NCBI GenBank assembly: GCA_002505405.1
Contig: DAVD01000046.1
Location: forward strand, 39,534-103,533
From: Candidatus Poseidonia alphae
GTDB taxonomy: Archaea > Thermoplasmatota > Poseidoniia > Poseidoniales > Poseidoniaceae
DNA length: 64,000 nucleotides
Direction: 5' to 3'
In this document: piece by piece, positions 1 through 9,908 of the stretch
Layout of the letters: every line of letters begins with the position of its first letter
Numbering within the stretch: the first letter of the stretch is position 1
Translations under genes and position numbers: made by a program
The notes under the pieces: generated by a model
Told to the model about the DNA's origin: nothing
What the model saw: the letters and a program-made list of their open reading frames with translations, nothing else
The model's database searches: none

Positions 1-3000
1 GACTGCACTACTGATGTCCAAAACTTCATCCCTTCTCGCCCCCATCGTATCTGGGTTTGTATGAGAATCGGGAGCAACGAGTTCTAAACCATCGTCTTGG
101 AGTTCACCTGACCGTTTTACGCGACGGGCAACAACAGCCAGGGCAAGGATGACAACGCCAAGAATGGACACCGTCACCCCGGTGGATAGCCCGCTGAGAA
201 GACCTTGATTACCAACTGCTGCCTGTACACTCGCTTCGATAGCATAGGTTGTAAGCTGTTCATCTCCCGAATAGACCGTAATGGTTAACGAACCGATGGC
301 CCTTGAGACATTTTCTTTCGGAGATAGTTTCACGGTGACGGTCACGGAATCCCCAACCGCAAGGTCGGTTATTGAGTCTGGTGTGACAGCAATGGTCCAG
401 TCGCCCCTTTGCCCACCATTTTTATCCAACATCTCTGCTCCGAGAGAGCCTGTGAGAGGAACGTTACCATCGTTGAGGAGAACGAATTTTTGGCTTGCGG
501 ACCCATCCCTTGAAATCCCTTCAAGAGGCCTAATCGTCTCATCTTCAACCGTAAGATTAGCGTAGGTAGACTCCAACACACCGACCGTCAGCATTTCGGA
601 AGCCTCAACAATTCGACCTGCATTGGTTCCGGTTACGGACACAAGGATCTCAAAGGAGTTCGCAGAAGCGTTGGTTTGAACCGGTGGTGTGAGACCAAGG
701 CGAACCACTTTCTCTTCCCTTGGTTCCAGGTAAAGAATTGGATTTGCAAAACCTATTGACCATCCATCTGGTGTCAAACCGTGTGTCCATTCCAATCCGA
801 GTTCTGTATTTCCTGTGTTTTTGATAGAGAACTCGCAATATGTAAACCGGTCGCTGATAACCACGTCAAACTGACCGCTTTCGGGGCCTATCAATCTGAG
901 AGCCAATTCATCGCGAACGACCAGCTCGGTTGTATTGAGGCGGAAATTGGAGGACGAACGCTCCGTGCGGATGCTGAAGCTGTTTGAGTCACCTTCTGCA
1001 GCGGTTATTGGTACCGTGAACACGAGCATAACAACGGTGGATTGACCCGGTAAAATGCTGAAACCAAGTGTTCGGGTATCATTTTGGCCATCATGGCTGA
1101 CTCGTATGGCCCATAGCGGGTTGGACGGCTGAACACGGACATCCAAAGCCACAGCCAAGTTACCCGTGTTTTCAACAGTGAGATTCATGTACAATTTCTG
1201 GCCGCTGTCAACTGCATTGTCGCTGGCCAAATGTGAAGGCCCAACCCGCCCATTATCGTTGGAGAGATGAACATCAAAGGACTCTTGAGGCAGCACTTCA
1301 ATGGATACCGTTTCCGTGAAGTTCATGGTCAAATCAGTAAAAGAGGTGACGTAGCATGTCACCGTATCGGTGTCACTGGCAGCAGGAATACCACCTGCAA
1401 CCAAGGGCACGATGATTCGAACTGCCATGGGAAGATATTCCTGAATATTGAGTGGCTCAAAGTCCAGTTGGGAAGAGTTTGAACCCCCAAGCATGACCTG
1501 CCATCGGTGCTCTGAAAAACATTCCACACTGTATTGTGCTGGAGCATTGCCCGTGTTTTTCACGGAGATCGAGAAGAAGCTGGATGCCCCCGGTTCAGCC
1601 TCTAATCCGTTGGTTCCAGCGGCGACAACGCTCACTTGATCCAACTGTTCGACTTCAATGTAAATACGTTGACTGTGGGCAACTGTGGGTTGGAATTCAT
1701 AGCGCGCTGTGATGTCTACAACATAGGTGCCTGCACGGACGTAGCGTGGGCTGTCGGGGTCTGTCATGAGGTCTGCATCAATGTCCTCAAGGCGTAGATT
1801 GATGGTATTATTTGCATCTGGTGAGCCTTGGGCAGTGAGGATGAAATTCGTTGTTTCATCAAATGTACGACTCCACTGGTCTTGACTCGGCAAGAAGAAG
1901 TCCGCTCGGTCTGGGGAGGGAACCTGTACCATTGAAGAAGAGATGACTACGGATTGATTTCCCGTACCTTCATGGAGAACGACTAACGGTATGTCAATTC
2001 CAGAATCGTTGCGAACGTCGAGAACCATGTTGGCATTTGACTCCCGTTCTTCCGTAGTTTCAGGGAGGGTCCCGTTGCTGTTTGGAACAACAACCCGTAC
2101 GCCTAAGGCCATGACTTCCACATCAAGTGTGAACATGTTGTTGTCCGTTCCTGCATTTGCATCGTTCATTTCAACCACTTGATCGGTCGTGTCAATGGAG
2201 ATGCGAAGACTGTGAATTCCCGTTGTTGCAAATTGATGGTAGATGGTGATGGCGTCAAGTTGCCCGGCTTGCAGGCCGTTTCGTGAAGCGGTCGTCAGCG
2301 TTTGCTGAGTCGTCAAATCCTCAAAGAGTACATCGAAACCGCCAGACGGGCTCGTGCCTTGATTCATCCATGCTATACTGATGGCGATCAAATCATTGCG
2401 CAGTGGGTTGACCGATGAGGGAACGATACTACCGTCAAAGACAACGAGGTCTGCTTGAGGTGTTGGAGTAGCAAGGGCTGACAAGACAAGACCAAAATCT
2501 TGGGTCGTCCCACCACGGTGCAGAACCTTCACGATCCATTGACCCTGGCCAGCGGACAGGGCACCTGGGGGAATACGGATACGCTCGACGTTGTTGACAT
2601 CGTCAGCCGTCCCACCGGATGTGGTGACTCCAGCCGAGAAGTGATTCCCAATCCACTCAGCACCGTTAGGATCGACCAGAACCAAGTCCATGTTGTTAAC
2701 CAACCGAGGTTGATTTTGTGGTGCATTCGCACTGCCTGCTTCGTCGGTCCATGCCAGAGTTATATCAATACCGTGAGATGGGTCAAGTGAGAAAGAATAG
2801 AGCAGACCAAATCCTGGAGAGAGGGGTTTGTTATCGTCGAAGAATGTGTTCAATGGAGTCGCTCCGTCCATGGGTAGAACCGTTCTTGAGAGGTCAACTT
2901 GACCCCACCCTTCATTCGCATTTGGAATGTCTGGAGTTCCCAAATCTTGGGCTCCGTTAATCATTGCAGCTTTAACGAGAGAACTTGTTGGAGAACTCAC

Positions 3001-4626
3001 TCCTGCTTGCTCTCGGATGAACTCACGAGTTAATGCCGCAACGCCTGAGGCCACCGCAGTGGCTTGTGAGGTTCCCGACAGTTGCATGTAATATGAATTC
3101 CCGGTAGAATGCGACCCAGTAAGGCATGAAGGACCCGCAGGGAATTTCGCCTCTTCAGCCAAACCCGAACAAACACCGACTCCAGGGGCAACAAGGTCAG
3201 GCTTGATACGACCGTCGAGTGCTGGGCCATCGGATGAAAAATTAGCGACTGCGCCAGCAGCTACGCTTCCGTCAACGCCCGTTGTAGAGGCTCCGATTGC
3301 AATGGTGTTTTTTGCCGTTGCTGGAGAGGTGATTTGGGAGGCGCCCAGGCCACCTCGGTCGCCGATTGAAAAGATTGGAGTCAAGTCCGAACGGTCGTTA
3401 ACATACATATCTACTGAGCGTGCGTCGGCTGTGTATTGCCCGTAATTCCCATTAAGGCCCCAAGCATTTACGGCGATTCTTGCCGTCATTTGTTCTGCAT
3501 TGCTGAGAATGTCGTAGATTGAACCGATGCGCCCGAACACTCCGGTTGGGTCGTGTTCAAGAGCGTACATGACCATGTTTGCACCAGGAGCAACGCCCCG
3601 TGCAGATGAGTCACCCGTGCCGTTTCCGACAACGGTTACAGCGATGTGAGTTCCGTGACCTGAATTGGTATCGTCAGGAGAGGGGTCAAGTCCGAACTGA
3701 GTGTAGGTGGCAGCAACTCTTCCAGTCAAATCAGGATGATTTTTATCCAGTCCTGTGTCGGTTACTGCAATCATTTCACCGGAACCATCGAGGGTGAATG
3801 TGGCGTTGTTGTTGACGTCTTGAACACCAGCAATGGACCAAGCCAGAGCGTTGTGAACACGCAGTTCTGCAGAGGGTTCAGTCCAGATGACTCGGCCATC
3901 ATGAGCGATGTTTCTCAGAAGCGTTAGGCCTTCCCCGTCTGAAACAACGGCTCGACACAACCAGGCATCGCACCATGCTTCATCGGCTCCATAGCGCACG
4001 AGGTCTGTTGCAAGGGCGGGATATCCCCCGAAGCCTAAGTCAGATGCAGGGATGAAAGTGAGCGAGGGGGAAGTGATACCGTCTTGAATTAAATCGGGTG
4101 CAATCCTCCATTGCGGTTGTTGATGTCCAATCCAACGAATTCGGTCGTCGTTTTCGAGGAGTGTGAAGGTGTCCATGGGCGGTGAGGGGAGGCGAACCAA
4201 CCATCCCTCGTCATGGAAAAAATCAAGCACAGTGAGGTCGTATTCCGCGGTCAACGCATCGAAGGCATCGCGATTTCCGTCATGAAGTTGGACCATAGCC
4301 ATTCCAGTAAGTGCTGCATCGTGGTTCCGTGAAAACGATGAAAGAACATCAGGTCCGTTAGAAAGCAACGGATCAAAACTGCCCGCAGCCATATGGATGA
4401 TTCCACTTGCGGGCGTCAATTGAACCGATACAAGCGACGCTTCGGGCATGGAACTCCACATTTCCTTAGCAAGTTCCAGCCGCTCTCCTTCCGACATTTC
4501 ACTGGCCGTGAAGGTCGGATTTTGATCAAAGTCAATCTCCTTTTCGTTTGGTTGGTCAACCATGGTAGAAAGCGGCGTCAATACCATGAGCGCTAAGACA
4601 AAACCAAAGCCGATATTGGAGCGCAT
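1..4626 (-). CDS. Giant membrane-anchored subtilisin-like (peptidase S8) serine protease. The 3' end runs off the window, so it has no in-window stop and is absent from the supplied ORF track.
   Basis: My own reverse-complement translation from the ATG at 4626-4624 appears open to nt 1, in frame (at least 1,542 codons), though I did this by eye. It begins MRSNIGFGFVLALMVLTPLS, a signal-like N-terminus. S8 catalytic motifs are VTDTGLD (about 3745-3765), HGTH (about 3646-3657) and SGTSQATA (about 3061-3078). After these come repeated beta-sandwich modules with a V.N.GN signature (SISVKNTGNAP, LTVENTGNLA, FSIKNTGNTE, VLLNDGNVP), then a TM helix VTVSILGVVILALAVVA (about 125-185) and a cytoplasmic tail. 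Only short ORFs are listed in this 4.6 kb in any other frame. Confidence 0.85.
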   Translation of the reverse strand, partial: MRSNIGFGFVLALMVLTPLSTMVDQPNEKEIDFDQNPTFTASEMSEGERLELAKEMWSSMPEASLVSVQLTPASGIIHMAAGSFDPLLSNGPDVLSSFSRNHDAALTGMAMVQLHDGNRDAFDALTAEYDLTVLDFFHDEGWLVRLPSPPMDTFTLLENDDRIRWIGHQQPQWRIAPDLIQDGITSPSLTFIPASDLGFGGYPALATDLVRYGADEAWCDAWLCRAVVSDGEGLTLLRNIAHDGRVIWTEPSAELRVHNALAWSIAGVQDVNNNATFTLDGSGEMIAVTDTGLDKNHPDLTGRVAATYTQFGLDPSPDDTNSGHGTHIAVTVVGNGTGDSSARGVAPGANMVMYALEHDPTGVFGRIGSIYDILSNAEQMTARIAVNAWGLNGNYGQYTADARSVDMYVNDRSDLTPIFSIGDRGGLGASQITSPATAKNTIAIGASTTGVDGSVAAGAVANFSSDGPALDGRIKPDLVAPGVGVCSGLAEEAKFPAGPSCLTGSHSTGNSYYMQLSGTSQATAVASGVAALTREFIREQAGVSSPTSSLVKAAMINGAQDLGTPDIPNANEGWGQVDLSRTVLPMDGATPLNTFFDDNKPLSPGFGLLYSFSLDPSHGIDITLAWTDEAGSANAPQNQPRLVNNMDLVLVDPNGAEWIGNHFSAGVTTSGGTADDVNNVERIRIPPGALSAGQGQWIVKVLHRGGTTQDFGLVLSALATPTPQADLVVFDGSIVPSSVNPLRNDLIAISIAWMNQGTSPSGGFDVLFEDLTTQQTLTTASRNGLQAGQLDAITIYHQFATTGIHSLRISIDTTDQVVEMNDANAGTDNNMFTLDVEVMALGVRVVVPNSNGTLPETTEERESNANMVLDVRNDSGIDIPLVVLHEGTGNQSVVISSSMVQVPSPDRADFFLPSQDQWSRTFDETTNFILTAQGSPDANNTINLRLEDIDADLMTDPDSPRYVRAGTYVVDITARYEFQPTVAHSQRIYIEVEQLDQVSVVAAGTNGLEAEPGASSFFSISVKNTGNAPAQYSVECFSEHRWQVMLGGSNSSQLDFEPLNIQEYLPMAVRIIVPLVAGGIPAASDTDTVTCYVTSFTDLTMNFTETVSIEVLPQESFDVHLSNDNGRVGPSHLASDNAVDSGQKLYMNLTVENTGNLAVALDVRVQPSNPLWAIRVSHDGQNDTRTLGFSILPGQSTVVMLVFTVPITAAEGDSNSFSIRTERSSSNFRLNTTELVVRDELALRLIGPESGQFDVVISDRFTYCEFSIKNTGNTELGLEWTHGLTPDGWSIGFANPILYLEPREEKVVRLGLTPPVQTNASANSFEILVSVTGTNAGRIVEASEMLTVGVLESTYANLTVEDETIRPLEGISRDGSASQKFVLLNDGNVPLTGSLGAEMLDKNGGQRGDWTIAVTPDSITDLAVGDSVTVTVKLSPKENVSRAIGSLTITVYSGDEQLTTYAIEASVQAAVGNQGLLSGLSTGVTVSILGVVILALAVVARRVKRSGELQDDGLELVAPDSHTNPDTMGARRDEVLDISSAV

Positions 4627-4696
4627 GCATTAACCAACAGCACTCCACTTTTGAAGGATGCTCTTCTGTGCGTGAACAAACACAAATATTTTGAGA

Positions 4697-5731
4697 TTAA
4701 ATTCCGTTGTAAATTGCGATTGCCGCATCGGTTCTGGCCACTGAAACTCTCCAATCATCTTCCGTACCCATGAGGGCACGAATTGCATCGACATTTTCCG
4801 GAATGACATCTGATTCTTGGTGAATCGCTTGGAAGTAATAAAGCGTGTTTCCATCGAGTTTAACACCGTCTTCCCAAACAAAAATTTCGTGCAGGTCGCC
4901 CCACTTGCGGCCGATGTCCCGTGCATACTCCATGACTTCTGCAGTGGTTGTGATGTTGGTCTCACTGCCGTTCATAATGATGATTCGAGGGTTACTCTTC
5001 CACAAATCCAGTACCGACTGGGTCGTCATACCGTGACCTTCAGGCAAGGTGGCAACGATGGAATGGCAGTGCATGAGTGTGGTAGGCACCGCAACGGCCA
5101 TCGAGTTGATGGAAATTTCTGGCTTGACTGTCATGACGTCAGGACCGTGGTGAGATGGAACCTTCAATACCGGTTTTATGGCATTGATCGGGCCTTTTGC
5201 CGAATCCCCTGGATCCGCAGCACGACGTATCATGGTACATTCAACCGACAGCGAACCGCAGTGCTCATACAATGGAACCAATGTCCTGGAAAGGCCGGTG
5301 GTGTTGCATGATACAACACGAGTCCCTTGGACGTTCATGTTCTCCATGTGGTTGGCCGAGGAGGTGTACGACATTCCGGTCATGGCGTGCTTTTCTCCGC
5401 CCTGGAAGATATACTTTACACCCGCTGCGAGGTACTTCTCTTTGTTCGATGCACCAACCTTGCCCGGTGAGCAATCGACAACGACATCAGCTATTGCAAG
5501 GAGGTCCGAAAGTCCACCATCGCACTGGTAACCACCAGCAGCAAAAGCGGCGATCTTAGCCTCGTCATCATAGGTACAATACAAGGGGTATCCCTTCCTT
5601 ACGGCGAGGTCGCAACCAAAGGACGGACGGGTCTTGGTCACGCCGATGATCTCCATGTCGTCTTGGGCGTCAACCGCATCTGCTACACGCTTTCCGATGG
5701 TTCCGTATCCGTTGATGGCTACCTTGATGCT
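4697..5731 (-). CDS. gap: Glyceraldehyde-3-phosphate dehydrogenase, archaeal type II
   Basis: The ORF 4697..5803 contains MSIKVAINGYGTIGKRVADAV (Rossmann N-terminus typical of archaeal GAPDH) and VVSCNTTGL (active-site Cys region). I prefer the internal ATG at 5731 (MSIKV) because GGAGAGGG lies just upstream and archaeal GAPDHs normally start right at the KVAINGYG motif. The long form starts at 5803. Confidence 0.9.
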   Translation of the reverse strand, partial: SIKVAINGYGTIGKRVADAVDAQDDMEIIGVTKTRPSFGCDLAVRKGYPLYCTYDDEAKIAAFAAGGYQCDGGLSDLLAIADVVVDCSPGKVGASNKEKYLAAGVKYIFQGGEKHAMTGMSYTSSANHMENMNVQGTRVVSCNTTGLSRTLVPLYEHCGSLSVECTMIRRAADPGDSAKGPINAIKPVLKVPSHHGPDVMTVKPEISINSMAVAVPTTLMHCHSIVATLPEGHGMTTQSVLDLWKSNPRIIIMNGSETNITTTAEVMEYARDIGRKWGDLHEIFVWEDGVKLDGNTLYYFQAIHQESDVIPENVDAIRALMGTEDDWRVSVARTDAAIAIYNGI

Positions 5732-5884
5732 CATGACCCTCTCCATGCCTTGCTCATTGAGGCCCTCAATAAACACTTCTTCACTGATAGGGTCCAAATC
5801 CATGACAAACCCTCATCAAGAGAACGGTTATTTTGATGGGCAAAGACGGGAGGATATTTGAGCAGGAACCACGAGCATAGGAAC

Positions 5885-7462
5885 ATGGCGGATGTGTCTG
5901 ATGTGGTTCAGCGGTCGATGAGCATCAACGAAAAGTTGGGTCCTCGCTTGCAAGCCGCCGCAGAACAAAATGCAATTCTCAGAATCGGATGGACAAATGC
6001 AGGAGATGCTGTCCCGAAAAACGGGGAACTTGGACTCTGCCCCGGCCTTCCAAACGGTTCACGCATCCGTGCACTCGGTGTGTTAGGCTCTTGGGTTTCG
6101 GCCTTCGGAACCGGTGGTTCATTCACCATCCAAGGTGACGCAGGTTCCTTCCTCGGAGCAGGAAATGACGGCACAACCATCGTTTGTGAACGCATGGCTG
6201 CGAATTTTACGGGATACCGGATGCGCAGTGGAATCATTACCGTTCTTGACGGCTGTGGAAACGACACTGGGGCATGTATGGAAGGAGGAGTTTTGGTCGT
6301 AAGAGGTGCCTCTGGACAACGTATTGGCGGAGGCATGAAAGACGGCCTCATCGTAGTTCATGGTGACGTTGGCCCCGACCCCGGCGCAGGAATGGAAGGT
6401 GGCCACATCGTCATCAACGGACGATGTCCTACTCCACCCCCTGGTGTTGTTCTTCGACCTCTTAGTGCCAAGGAAGTGAAGGAGATCAACACCTTGTTGG
6501 ACGATGAAACCCTTCACGTGCCCGGTGACGCTGTTTGTCTCACGCCCCAAGATGGACTCAAAGTGGAATCCTTTGGCCATACTGTTTCAGCTGGAGACCT
6601 ATCACAAGTAGGATTGATGGGGTCCAAAAATCCACCACTCCCACGCTATGCCACGGTTGACACCGTCGCATTGATCGGGGTTTCGGAAGAAGTCCAATCG
6701 CTGGCTCTACCCCTACCGATGCTTCCCTATGTGGAAACAGCATCAAACATGGAACATGATGCTACGGGAGATGAAACAGCCACAGAAGTTCTCAACCGTC
6801 ATCCGGTCATGACCTCGCAACAACCACGGCCTGTAGATGTCCTCTTGGTCAGCGATTCAAATCTCTTAGACTTGGGCTCTGAACTTCCAACCGCTGGTGG
6901 ATTTGGCATTGACTTTGATAACCTTCCCAATATGAACGCAGAAGAGGTTGACGGTTTGCTTGTTGCTCTTCGCTCCCTTGCAAAAGAACATGCTCCCGTG
7001 ATCTTTGTTCAAGGCATCAGTCGAATTCAGTCCCTCCATCAACGGGCTCAATATCATTCGGTCGATGTTGCTATGGTTAGAATTGAAGATGGCTCAGGAC
7101 TTTCAGAAGCAGCCGCACTTCCGATGACCGGACGTTCAAAGAAGGCCCACATTACTACGCCAACAGTTCAAACTGGATTCCTACTCGGCTTTGCAGCAAA
7201 CGGACACGATTTGGCTGTATTGGTCGCATCGGGAGCCAACATCATCTCCTGCGAAGCACCGATGGCTGATGGCATGGACATTGCATACTGGCTGCAAGGA
7301 ACACAAGAAGAACTTGCTCAGCATCTTCGACGCATAGGCGTTGATAGCATCGACCTGTTGGATCGTTCTTACCTCCGTGCGCTTGACCACGAAACAGCGG
7401 CTGTGAGCGGACTACGACTTTCAGGTTATGACCGACCCCTTCCGCATTGGTTTGCACGTTAG
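5885..7462 (+). CDS. Glutamate-synthase-like GXGXG-motif (GltB domain 3 / FwdC-like beta-helix) protein with a degenerate TIM-barrel-like C-terminal half
   Basis: Gly-rich beta-helix rungs are visible: GDAGSFLGAGNDGTTIV, GIITVLDGCGNDTGACMEGGVLVVRG, GGGMKDGLIVVHGDVGPDPGAGMEGGHIVING. The C-terminal part (GHDLAVLVASGANIISCEA ... EELAQHLRRIGVDSIDLL) resembles the end of the glutamate synthase FMN barrel. The track start at 5858 is TTG; the first ATG (MADVSDV) is at 5885. Confidence 0.6.
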   Translation: MADVSDVVQRSMSINEKLGPRLQAAAEQNAILRIGWTNAGDAVPKNGELGLCPGLPNGSRIRALGVLGSWVSAFGTGGSFTIQGDAGSFLGAGNDGTTIVCERMAANFTGYRMRSGIITVLDGCGNDTGACMEGGVLVVRGASGQRIGGGMKDGLIVVHGDVGPDPGAGMEGGHIVINGRCPTPPPGVVLRPLSAKEVKEINTLLDDETLHVPGDAVCLTPQDGLKVESFGHTVSAGDLSQVGLMGSKNPPLPRYATVDTVALIGVSEEVQSLALPLPMLPYVETASNMEHDATGDETATEVLNRHPVMTSQQPRPVDVLLVSDSNLLDLGSELPTAGGFGIDFDNLPNMNAEEVDGLLVALRSLAKEHAPVIFVQGISRIQSLHQRAQYHSVDVAMVRIEDGSGLSEAAALPMTGRSKKAHITTPTVQTGFLLGFAANGHDLAVLVASGANIISCEAPMADGMDIAYWLQGTQEELAQHLRRIGVDSIDLLDRSYLRALDHETAAVSGLRLSGYDRPLPHWFAR

Positions 7463-7472
7463 GTGATTGATC

Positions 7473-9221
7473 ATGCCGACTATATCCGTCCCTCAATCCT
7501 TGCTAAGAACGCTCCTCAGCAATCATGGAATCGTCCATGATGTAGAAACGATGGGAGACCAACTTCCGTTGATGGGCACCGATATTGACACCTGCAACGA
7601 AGCGACGCTCGACATAGAAATATTCCCCGACCGCCCTGACCTGCTCAGTGGAGAAACATTGGCGTATGCAATTCGTCCGTTCCTCCATGGCGCTCCGGCA
7701 ATACCGGAGATTGAAACCAAGCCAAGCGGCATCACAATGCACGTTGAACCAAGTTTGGCCACCATCCGACCCATCGTGATGGGGGCGGTTGTGAAGGGGG
7801 TCGTCTTAACCGACGATGCTGAAGAACAAGAAGCGTTCATCAAAGCACTCATGGACCACCAAGAAAAGTTACACTTTGCACTTGGTCGTGGCCGGAAACG
7901 GGCCTCAATCGGTGTTCACGACCTTAATTCAATCAAACCCCCGTTTAACGTCATTGCTGCCCCTGGAAGTCACTCGTTCATACCGCTGGGAGAAGAGGTT
8001 CCAATGGACATGACCACCATTCTCACACAACACCCAAAAGGAGTAGATTATGCTCACTTGCTGGATGGCATGAACGCTTATCCGCTTATTCTTGACTCGA
8101 ATGAGGACGTACTCTCATTCCCTCCAATTATCAACGGCAACCACACGACGGTGACGACAACTACTCGAGACTTTTTCATTGATGTAACCGGATGGGACCA
8201 ACGTGCTTGTGAAGCGTCTCTCATGTTGATTTGCTTGCAACTTCAAGAGCGTGGTGGGAAGATCGAGACCGTTGAAGTTACGACCTGCGACCGTGAGGTC
8301 ATAACAACACCAAACGGCACTGGAAAATCCCACCTCGTACCTGAAGAATTGGTGACGGGCTTACTTGGCCGACACTTTTCAGACGATGAACTCAACCATG
8401 CAATCAACCGTATGGGTGGGTGTTTTGTCGGCAAGAAGGATGCACCTCCCGGTTCACCAAAACATGCAACAAAAATGTCCGAGGTATCTGAGGGGAATCG
8501 TTTCCTTGAATTCACCATGCCTCGTTGGCGCTTTGACATCCTCCATCCCGTAGATTTGGTCGAGGATATCGCGATTGGGCACGGGTATGAAGACCTTGGC
8601 GTAGATCAACCGGTCGCACAACTCACGGCTCAGCCACGCCCCGACCACAACATGAGGCGACGTCTACGTGAATCCATGCAAGGGCTTGGGTTGATGCAAA
8701 TTCAATCCCTCACACTTTCGAACGAGACGGACCAATTCACCAACATGCGCTGGAATCAAGACCACGCTGCTACCGTCATCACGAACCCCATTACCGTCGA
8801 CCACACCATGTTACGCCAATTTTTATTGCCTGGATTGCTTCGTTTACTCGCAACCAATCGCCACCACGACCTACCGCAAGGCGTCTATGAGCTTGGGACC
8901 GTCGTAAGAAACCATGCGAATTCGGACCGAATGGCCTTCTTGATGGCTGAGCGCAGTGGAGGCTTTGCGGCGGTAAGAGGGAGGATACAAGCCCTATGCA
9001 CCGACTTGGGCGTGTCAAACTGGCGTGCTGAACCTTTGGAAGAAGGAGATGGACCGTGGCTTGCTGGACGTGGATCAAAACTCATCATCAACGATTCATG
9101 GGTTGGTTGTTTTGGTGAAATTGACCCATCTGTGGCGATGAAGTATGAATTACGGGTCCCGATTAACGGTGCTGAAATTGATGTCACTGCCCTCGTTAAT
9201 CTTCTTGAAGATCCCGTCTGA
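7473..9221 (+). CDS. pheT: Phenylalanine--tRNA ligase beta subunit (archaeal type)
   Basis: MPTISVPQSLLRTLL..., the length, and the B3/B4 and B5-like regions (RKRASIGVHDL, FPPIINGNHT, ITNPITVDHTMLR) are typical of archaeal PheT. The ATG at 7473 is preceded by AGGTGA at 7461-7466. The track start at 7467 is TTG. Confidence 0.9.
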   Translation: MPTISVPQSLLRTLLSNHGIVHDVETMGDQLPLMGTDIDTCNEATLDIEIFPDRPDLLSGETLAYAIRPFLHGAPAIPEIETKPSGITMHVEPSLATIRPIVMGAVVKGVVLTDDAEEQEAFIKALMDHQEKLHFALGRGRKRASIGVHDLNSIKPPFNVIAAPGSHSFIPLGEEVPMDMTTILTQHPKGVDYAHLLDGMNAYPLILDSNEDVLSFPPIINGNHTTVTTTTRDFFIDVTGWDQRACEASLMLICLQLQERGGKIETVEVTTCDREVITTPNGTGKSHLVPEELVTGLLGRHFSDDELNHAINRMGGCFVGKKDAPPGSPKHATKMSEVSEGNRFLEFTMPRWRFDILHPVDLVEDIAIGHGYEDLGVDQPVAQLTAQPRPDHNMRRRLRESMQGLGLMQIQSLTLSNETDQFTNMRWNQDHAATVITNPITVDHTMLRQFLLPGLLRLLATNRHHDLPQGVYELGTVVRNHANSDRMAFLMAERSGGFAAVRGRIQALCTDLGVSNWRAEPLEEGDGPWLAGRGSKLIINDSWVGCFGEIDPSVAMKYELRVPINGAEIDVTALVNLLEDPV

Positions 9222-9230
9222 GGAATCGTC

Positions 9231-9908
9231 GTGTGCGGGCGATTTGCATTAGGACGGCCAATCGAAGAAATCGCAAGAGAGGTTCGCAGTGAACCGCTAT
9301 CGGATTTGACCCCCTTTGCACCTTCATGGAATGTATCTCCCCAACAATGGGTACCAGTCATCACCCAAACCGGTGTTCACAGCGAAAAGAATGTCCCTCG
9401 CCACATGCGTTTGATGCGGTGGGGCTTGCGCCCTTCATGGGCGAAAACGTCCCCAAGAGAACCCATCAACGCTCGATGTGAAACAGCTCATGAGAAGCCG
9501 ATGTTTCGCAATGCATGGAAACAACGCCGAGGGGTCATACCTGCTGACGGTTGGTACGAGTGGATGAGTACGCCACAAGGGAAAGCACCGTGGTACCATT
9601 TTCACATGGACGAATCAACATGCTACATGGCGGTTTTATGGGAAACATGGAACCATGAAGGTTCTTCATTGGAATCCTTTGCGATTTTGACAACGGAAGC
9701 CAATCAAGATTGCAAAGAGGTTCATCGGCGAATGCCCGTCCTGATTGAGACGCATGAGTTGAAATCATGGCTTGAGGGTTCACTGACGTTGACTCCAACA
9801 CCAGAAGGGCGAGTTGACCGACACCCTGTTTCACGACGCGTCAACAACACTACCAACGAGGGCCCGGAATTGTCAGAGCCCATCCCGAGGTTGTTCATTC
9901 AGGAGTAG
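9231..9908 (+). CDS. SOS-response-associated peptidase (SRAP; YedK/HMCES family) abasic-site processing protein
   Basis: The ORF starts GTG-TGC: (M)CGRFAL..., the hallmark SRAP N-terminus with the catalytic Cys at position 2. Other family motifs are present (WNVSPQQ, MRWGL.P.W, NARCET, F.N, ADGWYEW). Confidence 0.85.
   Translation: MCGRFALGRPIEEIAREVRSEPLSDLTPFAPSWNVSPQQWVPVITQTGVHSEKNVPRHMRLMRWGLRPSWAKTSPREPINARCETAHEKPMFRNAWKQRRGVIPADGWYEWMSTPQGKAPWYHFHMDESTCYMAVLWETWNHEGSSLESFAILTTEANQDCKEVHRRMPVLIETHELKSWLEGSLTLTPTPEGRVDRHPVSRRVNNTTNEGPELSEPIPRLFIQE

Noticed and set aside
4817-5559. Plus-strand ORFs (164, 117 and 120 aa) overlapping gap
   Set aside because: They are antisense to a confidently identified type II GAPDH and have no motifs of their own.
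5908-6580. Minus-strand ORFs of 147 and 153 aa opposite the GXGXG-domain gene
   Set aside because: Gly-rich (GGN) sense codons generate open antisense frames. The products are Pro/Ser-rich with no recognisable features.
5885-7462. Annotation as formylmethanofuran dehydrogenase subunit C (FwdC)
   Set aside because: Only the shared GXGXG beta-helix is present. No fwdA, fwdB or fwdD genes or other methanogenesis genes are nearby, and the genomic context is not that of a methanogen.
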